Part shown: positions 35,891 through 44,712 of the stretch, one piece after another
Numbering within the stretch: the stretch's first letter is position 1
How the letters are laid out: every line of letters starts with the position of its first letter
Assembly: GCA_045603485.1 (NCBI GenBank)
Contig: JAZUMF010000118.1
Coordinates: 1,216-65,215, forward strand
Length of the DNA: 64,000 nucleotides
From: Kiritimatiellia bacterium
GTDB taxonomy: Bacteria; Verrucomicrobiota; Kiritimatiellia; RFP12; JAAYLN01
Direction of reading: 5' to 3'
Notes under the pieces: generated by a model
Databases searched by the model: none
The model's input: only the letters and a program-made list of their open reading frames with translations
Told to the model about the DNA's origin: nothing
Position numbers and translations under genes: made by a program

Positions 35891-36763
35891 TTATGCCATC
35901 TCAACGAGTTTGCGGAGATTGGCCTGTCCAATGCGGATACCGACAGCTGGATCTTCCATTCCTTCAAATTCAACGGAGAGAACGCCATCATAGCCGACGC
36001 GTTTGAGGGCGCGGATTGATTGGAGTAGCGGAACATTACCGTGACCGATGATTGCACCGCGGAGGTAGTTGCCGGCGCGTGTCATGAACCAGCCTTCTCC
36101 GGGAGGAACGCCGTTGCCAGACTTGATGTGGAAGTCCTTGGCGTGAGCATGGAAGGCGAGTGGGGCTACACGACCTGCGGCAATTGCTGGGTCTTCATCG
36201 GCGCAGCAGAAGTTGCCAAGGTCGACAAGGACACCAAAATTGGGGTGGTCAACTGCCGTGACGAGCTTCTCGATGCGGATGCTGTCTTGGCTGATGAAGC
36301 CATGGTTTTCGGTCATTGTGCGAATTCCCTTTGAGGCTGCGTACTCTGTGACAGCACGGACGCCCTTGACGATATGGGGGAGGGCGGCTTCATATGTACG
36401 GAAGCCCTTCGCTTCGTTGGGAATAGAGTTGGTGATGTCATGGCGCATACCGGGAGCACCGAGAATCTCTGCGATGTCGACTTCTTTTTTGAGGCGCTCG
36501 ATTTCGGCATCAAGATCGCCATTGGAGCCTCTGACGAAATCAGCTCCGATTGTATAGTTGGCGATAGGAATGCCGACGCGGTCAGCCTCAGCGCGAAGCT
36601 CCTGTGCGAACTCGGGGAGGGTCTTGCCTTCGGGGACTGAAATTGTGCTGAATTCAATGACGTCAAAGCCGGCCTCTTTGGCTGCGGCGATAACCTCAAT
36701 TTGTTTCATCTTTCTGCTACTTACATAGCGGTGGTAGCTGTAGGAGCTTACTCCGATTTTCAT
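35891..36763 (-). CDS. Sugar phosphate isomerase/epimerase (xylose isomerase-like TIM barrel, AP_endonuc_2)
   Basis: GFDVIEF, MTENHG, VLVDLGNF, HAHAKDF, GYDGVLSVEFEG. Confidence 0.85.
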   Translation of the reverse strand: MKIGVSSYSYHRYVSSRKMKQIEVIAAAKEAGFDVIEFSTISVPEGKTLPEFAQELRAEADRVGIPIANYTIGADFVRGSNGDLDAEIERLKKEVDIAEILGAPGMRHDITNSIPNEAKGFRTYEAALPHIVKGVRAVTEYAASKGIRTMTENHGFISQDSIRIEKLVTAVDHPNFGVLVDLGNFCCADEDPAIAAGRVAPLAFHAHAKDFHIKSGNGVPPGEGWFMTRAGNYLRGAIIGHGNVPLLQSIRALKRVGYDGVLSVEFEGMEDPAVGIRIGQANLRKLVEMA

Positions 36764-36813
36764 TGTGATTTTTCCTTTGTTGTGGCGGCAGAGTGTTTCT
36801 GCCTTGGTGAGAG

Positions 36814-37281
36814 TTAAAGCGGATTTGCAAGGGGGATTTCAGCCGAAATCGATTTTTTTGTCGATTGGTCTGTAGCCGTCACCTTGATTGAAGTTGCGTC
36901 TGTCGGATTTGCCACCTTTATTATGGCACTGGTTCCGTTAGAGGCGGTTGATGAAATTGCGGCTGCGCCTGAAGGTGTGACCGACCAGACGACGCTTCCA
37001 GTGTTGTTAATTACGGTAAATGTCTGAATTTCACCTTTGTAGAGAATTGAAGGCGGTGTGTTTTTCCAAGCAAGTGTTTTGCTTGTGGTTTGTCCATTTG
37101 AATTGCCTGTGTTATTCTGATTATCCGAAGAACCGTCATTTGACGAATCTTCGCCAGAGTTATTTACAGTACCAGAATATTCAGGGTCGTCCGCAGATGC
37201 GGTTTCGCAGCCGGAGAAGATTTGTTGCCCGACAAAAAGGGCAAAAGTTGTCAGGACTATTGTCAACAGTCGTTTAGCCAT
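36814..37281 (-). CDS. Lipoprotein with Ser/Asn/Asp linker and Ig-like C-terminal domain
   Basis: Lipobox IFSGC, low-complexity linker, VVWSVTPSGAAAI...IKVTATD. Confidence 0.6.
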   Translation of the reverse strand: MAKRLLTIVLTTFALFVGQQIFSGCETASADDPEYSGTVNNSGEDSSNDGSSDNQNNTGNSNGQTTSKTLAWKNTPPSILYKGEIQTFTVINNTGSVVWSVTPSGAAAISSTASNGTSAIIKVANPTDATSIKVTATDQSTKKSISAEIPLANPL

Positions 37282-37404
37282 ACTTCAATTCCTGTTCCAG
37301 TATGTTTTTAAGGATTGCGCCAATAGGAGAAGCGCAACTTCAATTACCATATTTTATATGATTCATGTTTGCAATGCAACTAAAAATCATATAGAATAAT
37401 TACT

Positions 37405-38562
37405 ATGTATAAGTTGTATGGTATTATTGTTTTCATCGCGGTAGCATTTTTTGCGGTTTGCGCTCAAGCATACCCAAAAGATGCTTTGCTTTTGTTTTCA
37501 GAATTCAAGAAGGTTGAATCACAGCTGGAAAAGAGGTATGTTTCATCAACTAATGGTTTGCCCCGTAAGTATTTAGATGATCTTAAGTCTTTGCATAAGC
37601 ACTATCAGTCCCAAGGTGCGCTGGATGAGCTTTTGGCCGTTAAAAATGAAATTGAGAGGTTTCAGAAGGCGTGTATAAGCCCTGTTGACCCATTTGAACT
37701 TGTTCCTGAATTGCCTCCTGATGCGGTTGTTTCAACTCCCGAGGCTTTGCGTATAGGTCAGGAGCGTTATATAGCCGATAGGGAGCGCATTGAAAATATC
37801 CGTTTGGCAAAATTGGAAAATCTTTCACAGGGATTGCTTAAGCGTTTAGAGTCGATTCAAAAAAAATTGACTCAGGATGATCGAATCGATGAGGCACTTG
37901 AGATCCGTAAGTTGCTCACCGATACGCGTTCCGCTATTGAGGGTGGTTTTATTTCCGAGTTTGCCGCTAAACTCGCAAGTATGTCTCCTTCGGCTGAAAT
38001 TTCTACGGCAAAAGCCAATAAAAAAAGCGGTTCTGCCTTTGCCCGCTGGGTAGCTTTGCCTGACTTGCCATTCTCACCGAATCTTCATTCCTTGATTCAT
38101 GCTGATTTGCAGTCAACCGTTTCGATCTCTCCTCATTCTATCGGTAAGGGCTTTGATTTCTTTGCAACAAGTGGGCCAGAACCGCAAACTGTCGCCTCCA
38201 CATTATGTAGAGAGGTCGGTCAGGCGAAATGCTGGAGGGTCGATTCGCCCGAGGATTTGGCTGTCAATATTAAGGCTACCTCGTATGTGCTTTCGCAAGG
38301 GCGTAATAAGGGGCCGATTCTTTATGTCGCAATTTTTTCTGGGAAGAACCCGGTCGCTATGCTGCAGACCCCTTTGACACAAAAGGAGATGACCGTGAAG
38401 ATTATCAATGATCCGTCAAATCCTCTGCGTTTCGCTTTACTTTGCCGCGGCGGTGCCTCAAAGCAGTTTGAGCTCCGTAAGGAAGCTTCTGTCAATGTTA
38501 TGGTTGGTGTGGCACTTGTCGGTGCCAGAGAGACTTGCGATACCTTGATTGATTTTGAATGA
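37405..38562 (+). CDS. Hypothetical exported protein with helical N-terminal repeats
   Basis: Signal peptide; two helical motifs YQSQGALDELLAVKNEI and LTQDDRIDEALEIRK. Confidence 0.6.
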   Translation: MYKLYGIIVFIAVAFFAVCAQAYPKDALLLFSEFKKVESQLEKRYVSSTNGLPRKYLDDLKSLHKHYQSQGALDELLAVKNEIERFQKACISPVDPFELVPELPPDAVVSTPEALRIGQERYIADRERIENIRLAKLENLSQGLLKRLESIQKKLTQDDRIDEALEIRKLLTDTRSAIEGGFISEFAAKLASMSPSAEISTAKANKKSGSAFARWVALPDLPFSPNLHSLIHADLQSTVSISPHSIGKGFDFFATSGPEPQTVASTLCREVGQAKCWRVDSPEDLAVNIKATSYVLSQGRNKGPILYVAIFSGKNPVAMLQTPLTQKEMTVKIINDPSNPLRFALLCRGGASKQFELRKEASVNVMVGVALVGARETCDTLIDFE

Positions 38563-38631
38563 CCGGAAATTTTAAACACTATTAAGGCATGGTGCAGTCA
38601 AGTCTTGTGCGCATGCCAAAAGGAAACCACG

Positions 38632-39790
38632 ATGACAAATTATGAAGACAATGTCGCGCGTTTCCGCCAGTTGAGTGAAGGACTGGCAGAGATGCGAGGC
38701 TATCTTTGACCTTGAAACGCGACGCAGAAAATTAGAGCAGCTTGAGGCTGCCGCCGCGGCACCTGATTTTTGGAACGATCAGGCAAGGGCGAAGACCATT
38801 ATCGATCAGACGACAGCCGAGCGGGCGTTTGTGAAGCCGTTTGATACCTTGGTTGGGCTTATTGATGACTGCAAGGTTATGCAGGAAATGGTCGAGGCAG
38901 AGTCTGATCCAGCCTCGCGCGAGATAGCCGAAGAGGAATTTGAGGGTATTATAGGTGAGGCAGAAAAGGTAGCCCATGATTTGCGTATGCAGTCGCTTTT
39001 GAGCGGTCCTATGGACGGATGCAACGCCTTCTTAACGCTTCATCCCGGTGCCGGCGGAACAGAGGCCTGTGATTGGACCGATATTCTCTTTAGAATGTAT
39101 GAGCGCTTCTGCGAAAAGTCAGGCTTTGAATGTGAAACGATGGATATATTGCCAGGTGATGAAGCCGGCATCAAGAGTGTGACATTTAGAGTTTCCGGCC
39201 CATATGCTTTCGGCAAGATGAAGGCTGAGCGTGGCGTTCACCGCCTCGTAAGAATCAGCCCGTTTGACGCAAATAAACGCCGTCATACCTCATTTGCCGC
39301 ATTGGATGTCGTCGCAGAGTTGAATGACGAGATTGATGTTGAGGTCAAGGAAGAAGATCTGCGCATTGATACTTATCGAAGCGGTGGCGCCGGTGGTCAG
39401 CATATAAACAAGACCGATTCGGCTATTCGCTTGACTCACCTTCCGACCGGTATTGTCGTTGCTTGCCAGTCCGAGCGTTCGCAGCACAAAAACCGCGCCA
39501 AGGCAATGTCAATGCTTAAAGCCAAGATTTACGAGTATGAGCAGGATAAAAAGCGTGAGGATTTGAAGCGTTTTTATGGCCCTAAGGGCGAAATCGCATG
39601 GGGCAGTCAAATCCGTTCGTATGTCCTTCAGCCTTATACAATGGTCAAAGATTTGCGTACAGGTGAGCAGACCTCAAATGTTGATGCCGTTCTTGATGGC
39701 GCGATCGGTCCGTTTATCGATGCTTATCTACAGGCGTCCGCCAAGGGAACTCTTTCATCGGCGTCTGAATCGGTGGAGGACGATTTGTAG
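38632..39790 (+). CDS. prfB: Peptide chain release factor 2, translated via +1 programmed frameshift
   Basis: 25-codon ORF from ATG 38632 ends GGC TAT CTT TGA C (38698-38710); +1 frame continues DLETRR.. with SPF and GGQ motifs. Confidence 0.95.
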
Positions 39791-39796
39791 CAGATT

Positions 39797-41794
39797 ATGG
39801 CAAGTAGACGGGTAAGACATTTCTTTTACGGAGTCCGCGTATTTTTTGCGTGGCTTTTCGTCTTTATCTGTCTTGTCCTTTGGAGACTTGACCAATCACT
39901 GCCGAATTTTGCGTTGCGCTGGGTTGAGAGGGCTATTTCACCAGAAAAGTTCTGCTATCGCTGCGAAAAAGCCTCTTTCAATATATTTCATGGCTTGACT
40001 CTTCACGATGTGAAGCTTTTTGCCCGCGGTGTGATCGCTCCGCCGATCGGTCATCTAGGAGAGTTGCGCCTTGTTTGGAATATTGATTTAGATGCCCCTG
40101 TAAGTACTTGGGCAAGGTTTGTTCATGCTAAGAATTTAGTCATTGATTCTCTTGACGATTTGCCTGAAATGGACAGCGATTCTTCGGAGCTCGCGGCGCT
40201 GTTCAAGCATCTTTCCGTCGATCACGATTGGGCGACAACTCCGCGCTATGTCGTTGTCGACGGTGCAAAGATATTGGGGATTGATTGCAAGTATGTGGAG
40301 TTTTATCTTTGCATACGCGATTCTGTTTTGAGATTGGATTCAATACGAATAGTGCCAAACTCGTTGATGTTTATGGAGTCTCTTGAAGGGGCTGTACAAT
40401 ATGACCCCAGTTCAAGGATGATTCATGCCGTGCTATCGGGAACTATAACCCCTGATGTCATTCGTGATTTGACTTTGTTGCTCAACGGTGAAACTGCAGT
40501 TAAATATTATGACGCGATAACGCATCTTTCTGAACCATTGCAGGCTCAAGGCGAGGTGACATTGATTTCCGGCACAGGCGGTAAGCCCAGCTTTCAGGAT
40601 ATGCGAGTCACAATCAAGGGAAATAATTTTAAGTACAAAGGTCGCCCGGTTAAGCGGGTTGGGCTTTCTTTACAGTGGCTGGTTGATCCAAATGATGAGT
40701 CAGAAGGTGGAAAGCGTCTGTTGATTTCACCGCTTGACGCATTTTTTTCCGACGGAATACTCCATGGCGCAATTGCATGGTATCCGCGAACTCGTGCCAC
40801 CGATTTGTCGGCTTCAGCCGTTTTGCCCCCTAGGACGCTTTTCCCTGTAATTGATATCGGAATGCCAAATTGCATGACCAATATCGCTTTTGCCCACGCT
40901 CCAAGGGCGAATGTCCGCGGCCGTATCTATGGAATGGCGTCCGCAGATAGGGCAAAAAGCCTCCTTGGCGGTTCGATTACAGCATCAGAGATGGCTTTAA
41001 GAGGTGTTGTTTTTCAGAATGTAAAGACAGAGTGGAGCTACTCTGCGATGAATAGACTTTCCTTTTCAGAGCTTACGGCAAATTGTCATGGCGGTGAAAT
41101 AAATGGGGATGTCTCTATTGATGTCGGACCTGACGAGGCTCCGTTGGCATCTATAGCCGATAATCTGAACTTTCATTTCATCTTTGACAATGTAAAGAGC
41201 GACTATTTCAGAGATTTGGTAAATCCTCGCGAGCCAAGTTCAAAGGGGCTTATTTCAGGCGAAATCGCCATGTCTTCTCCTATGAATTCGACAAATTCCT
41301 ATTATTTGAATGGCTTTGCAAATCTAAAGGTTCGGGATGCAGAGCTTATGCGCGTGCCTTTATTTGCAGGTTTGACCGATTTTATCGGGCGAAATGTCTC
41401 GGGAGTCGACTCGCTCATTATGCAATCGGATTCCGATTTTAATGTGACGATAACAAATGGTTTGGCTACGATAGAAAGAATTACTTTAGATGGCAATCTT
41501 TTTAGTGTCGTTGCAAAGGGCAAATGCCGAATTTCAGATCCCGCAAAACCGATTGAAGGCGTGGCTGAAGTCAGGTTTTTTCATTCCCGTTCGCTTATCG
41601 GCAAGCTTGCCAGATTGGCGACATTACCGCTTAGCAAATTGATGGAGTTCCGTATCAGCGGCCCGCTTAACGGGCCCTCATGGGAGTATATCGGTCTTGT
41701 TGACAGAATCGCAGAAGCGACCTTTTGGCCGCGTAAAGATGCAACAGAATCGAACGAAGATAATCAGTCATCGCAAAAGGAGGATGGCAAATGA
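39797..41794 (+). CDS. AsmA/YhdP-like membrane-anchored beta-rich protein
   Basis: N-terminal TM anchor, long beta-rich body, C-terminal FNVTITNGLATIERITLDG..FRISGPLNGPSW resembling AsmA-like C-terminus. Confidence 0.55.
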   Translation: MASRRVRHFFYGVRVFFAWLFVFICLVLWRLDQSLPNFALRWVERAISPEKFCYRCEKASFNIFHGLTLHDVKLFARGVIAPPIGHLGELRLVWNIDLDAPVSTWARFVHAKNLVIDSLDDLPEMDSDSSELAALFKHLSVDHDWATTPRYVVVDGAKILGIDCKYVEFYLCIRDSVLRLDSIRIVPNSLMFMESLEGAVQYDPSSRMIHAVLSGTITPDVIRDLTLLLNGETAVKYYDAITHLSEPLQAQGEVTLISGTGGKPSFQDMRVTIKGNNFKYKGRPVKRVGLSLQWLVDPNDESEGGKRLLISPLDAFFSDGILHGAIAWYPRTRATDLSASAVLPPRTLFPVIDIGMPNCMTNIAFAHAPRANVRGRIYGMASADRAKSLLGGSITASEMALRGVVFQNVKTEWSYSAMNRLSFSELTANCHGGEINGDVSIDVGPDEAPLASIADNLNFHFIFDNVKSDYFRDLVNPREPSSKGLISGEIAMSSPMNSTNSYYLNGFANLKVRDAELMRVPLFAGLTDFIGRNVSGVDSLIMQSDSDFNVTITNGLATIERITLDGNLFSVVAKGKCRISDPAKPIEGVAEVRFFHSRSLIGKLARLATLPLSKLMEFRISGPLNGPSWEYIGLVDRIAEATFWPRKDATESNEDNQSSQKEDGK

Positions 41795-43137
41795 CATTTT
41801 TTATTCACACATACGGATGCCAGATGAATGTTCGCGATTCAGATGCGGTCGCCGCGGAAATGATCGCGGCAGGATATTCACCGGCAGCAGATGAAGAGAG
41901 TGCCGATGTCATAGTTGTAAATACTTGCTCGGTCCGCGAAAAGGCAGAGGATAAGGCAATCGGGAAACTGCGTCTGCTCTGCTACGGAAAAAAAGACAAT
42001 CCCAATCGTATTGTCGGTGTAATGGGATGTATGGCTCAGCGCATGAAGGAGCAGGTCTTTGAAAGTGTTAAAGGCCTGGATTTTGCAGTCGGAGCGCGTG
42101 CGGCCCGCCATATACCGGCCATTGTTCGGGATATAGCTTCAGGTGCCTCGCATATTTGGATGCCGGGAGAAATTTCAGATTCCGATGTGCCGCATGGACA
42201 CCACGAATTTGGTATCAGCGCATTTGTCACCGTATTGCTTGGCTGCAATCGCCGTTGCGCCTATTGCATCGTCCCCGATGTTCGCGGGCCTGAATACAGT
42301 CGCCCCGCACGGGATATTATTGATGAAGTCAGATGTCTTGTAAGCCGTGGTGTTAAAGAAGTGACATTGCTGGGGCAGAGCGTCCTTAGATACGGCCGTC
42401 AAAAGGAAGATGTCTGGGCGGGCGAGCCGCCTTCCGACGGTGATTTTACAGAGCCGTTTCCCCGTCTTTTGAAGGCGCTTTCGTCAATAGAGGGCCTACA
42501 GCGCATCAGATTTACTTCTGGTCACCCATCGGGATGTACTGAAGAGCTCGCAAGGGCATTCCGCGATTTGCCTCAGGTCTGCGCCCATCTTCATTTGCCG
42601 GTCCAGTCCGGTTCCGATCGAATATTGAAGATAATGCGCCGCGGTTATACCCACGAAGAATATCTGGCATCGATAGAGAGACTCCGTGCTTATGTTCCGG
42701 ATATCGCTATCACAACCGATATTATTGTAGGCTTCCCCGGTGAAACAGAGGAAGACTTTGAAATGACTCGTGAGCTAATGCGCAAGGCGCGTTTTGACAA
42801 CTCCTTCGTCTTCAAGTATTCACCCAGGCCCGGGACGCCGTCATCGCTTATGGAGGATGATGTCTCAACAGAAGAAAAGGATCGCCGTAACAAGGTTCTG
42901 CTCTCAGATCAGGATCAGCTTGGCGTAGGGAATAACGACCATTGGATTGGCCGCGTCATCAAGGTTCTTGCCGATGGACCGTCACTGCGAAATAAAGAGC
43001 GTTGGTCCGGCAGAAGCGGACAAAACAAGATTGTAATCTTCGAGCCGACTGACGATATCAAGGTCGGCGATCTGGTTAGCGTCAAAATTACCCGTGCAAA
43101 TCCGCAAACTCTCTTTGGGGATATAGTCCGTGATTAG
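41791..43137 (+). CDS. miaB: tRNA-2-methylthio-N6-dimethylallyladenosine synthase
   Basis: TYGCQMNVRDS, NTCSVREKA, radical SAM GCNRRCAYC, TDIIVGFPGET, C-terminal TRAM. Confidence 0.93.
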   Translation: MTFFIHTYGCQMNVRDSDAVAAEMIAAGYSPAADEESADVIVVNTCSVREKAEDKAIGKLRLLCYGKKDNPNRIVGVMGCMAQRMKEQVFESVKGLDFAVGARAARHIPAIVRDIASGASHIWMPGEISDSDVPHGHHEFGISAFVTVLLGCNRRCAYCIVPDVRGPEYSRPARDIIDEVRCLVSRGVKEVTLLGQSVLRYGRQKEDVWAGEPPSDGDFTEPFPRLLKALSSIEGLQRIRFTSGHPSGCTEELARAFRDLPQVCAHLHLPVQSGSDRILKIMRRGYTHEEYLASIERLRAYVPDIAITTDIIVGFPGETEEDFEMTRELMRKARFDNSFVFKYSPRPGTPSSLMEDDVSTEEKDRRNKVLLSDQDQLGVGNNDHWIGRVIKVLADGPSLRNKERWSGRSGQNKIVIFEPTDDIKVGDLVSVKITRANPQTLFGDIVRD

Positions 43138-43151
43138 TTGAGGTATAGAAA

Positions 43152-43679
43152 ATGACTTATCTGCATGCAAAGCTCCTTACAGCAATAATCTTTTTGATAC
43201 CGGGGATCGTTGCGCTTGTAGCTCCAAAGGCCGCCGCACAAATCGCCTTGAAATTTCCAAGGCATAAAACAGCCGGTAGAGTATTGTCGGCATTCGGTTT
43301 CATTTGGGCTGCTGCGATAATATATTTCGTCCCGCTGGACTTTCTGATGAAGTTTCAAATCCCAATAGTTATACTCCTCTTAGTATCAATTCCATTGTCG
43401 TGGAAGTGGATGCCTGATTTACTTGCGGCACGCGCTCTTGGCGGGCTTTGGTGCCTAATTCCCGCACCTGTACTTGTGGCGTCTCGATTTGCCGATGGTG
43501 AAGGACGCTTGATAATCGTATCGTTAATGTATCTTATTGCGGTAGCAGGAATGATTTCAACATTTTCACCCTATTATCTCAGAGATGCTCTTGCCTGGGT
43601 TGCCCGACCGCCTGTAAGTCGCATTCGCACCGCCGGCGTCATCTTGACAGTATTTGGGATATTGGCTTTGGCAGCATAG
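43152..43679 (+). CDS. Hypothetical integral membrane protein
   Basis: 175 aa, about five hydrophobic segments, WMPDLLAARALGG. Confidence 0.7.
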   Translation: MTYLHAKLLTAIIFLIPGIVALVAPKAAAQIALKFPRHKTAGRVLSAFGFIWAAAIIYFVPLDFLMKFQIPIVILLLVSIPLSWKWMPDLLAARALGGLWCLIPAPVLVASRFADGEGRLIIVSLMYLIAVAGMISTFSPYYLRDALAWVARPPVSRIRTAGVILTVFGILALAA

Positions 43680-43689
43680 GAGTTATATT

Positions 43690-44712
43690 ATGGCTAAAAG
43701 AACACGCTTAATTGATATCGCAAAAAAAGTCGGAGTTTCAATTGGATCGGTTTCAGCCGTGTTGTCTCCGAATTTGTCGGGCAATATGAAGGTCGGCCCC
43801 GAGCTTACAGCCCGTATCAAGGCTGTGGCAAAGGAGATGCACTATGTGCCAAATTCCGCGGCTCGAATATTGGCAGGCCGACCGTCAGGTCTGATCGGAG
43901 TATTGATGGATACTCATGCACCTGCCGTTTGCTTCCATCTTTTAGCCGAAATTGAAAAATCATTGGCAAAGCGCGGATTGCGAGTCTTAACAGGAATGTC
44001 TCACAATGATGTGAACAAAATGTTCGAAACATATCAAGCCTTGATTCAGCACGGCGTAGATGGTATCTTATGTCTTTCATACGATTATCCGGACGAGCTT
44101 GAGCATATAATCGATTACTTCAAGGGTGAGAAGAAAATCGTCTTTGTTAATGGACCAGAAGTAAAAGGGCATAGCTGTGTAAAAATTGATTCAGGTAGAG
44201 CTGTTGAAGAAGCTGTAAAATATCTCTATGCAAACGGACGCAAAAAACTAGGATTTGTTTGTTCAAAGGGAAGTATGGCGGTTGCCGGAAGCAGAATCGA
44301 AGGCTTCCTTACCGCTACAAACGGCGAAGGCTTGATATTTAAGACTCCAACACTTGCACATGACTCCGATTTATTGCGTGATTCATTGAAAATTGCCGTC
44401 AATGATTTTATCATAAAAGAGCAAATTGACGGAGTTGTAACGCTCGATGATATGTCTGCTTTGACATTGATGTCAGAGCTTCGCCGTGCAGGTCTCTCAA
44501 TCCCCGACGATGTTGCCGTTGTCGGCTATGATAATGATATCTTCTCATCACTTCTAGAGCCGCCGCTGGCAACCATTGATACGAATCTCCCTAAGCTTGC
44601 GGAAGAGGCAATTGCATCTCTCTTGGATATAATCGGTAATGTCGACTATAAACCAACGGTAAAGAGTGTCATCCCTACATTTTTGCCTAGAGAATCAGCA
44701 GGCGGCATTTAA
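43690..44712 (+). CDS. LacI-family transcriptional regulator
   Basis: HTH LIDIAKKVGVSIGSVSAVLS, YVPNSAARIL, IPDDVAVVGYDN, PPLATID. Confidence 0.9.
   Translation: MAKRTRLIDIAKKVGVSIGSVSAVLSPNLSGNMKVGPELTARIKAVAKEMHYVPNSAARILAGRPSGLIGVLMDTHAPAVCFHLLAEIEKSLAKRGLRVLTGMSHNDVNKMFETYQALIQHGVDGILCLSYDYPDELEHIIDYFKGEKKIVFVNGPEVKGHSCVKIDSGRAVEEAVKYLYANGRKKLGFVCSKGSMAVAGSRIEGFLTATNGEGLIFKTPTLAHDSDLLRDSLKIAVNDFIIKEQIDGVVTLDDMSALTLMSELRRAGLSIPDDVAVVGYDNDIFSSLLEPPLATIDTNLPKLAEEAIASLLDIIGNVDYKPTVKSVIPTFLPRESAGGI

Noticed and set aside
36814..38562. Nearby unknown proteins as T3SS effectors
   Set aside because: Both have Sec or lipoprotein signal peptides, which is incompatible with typical T3SS substrates.
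38675..38707. GTG start of prfB given by the ORF track
   Set aside because: The true start is ATG 38632 with a +1 frameshift at CTT TGA C.
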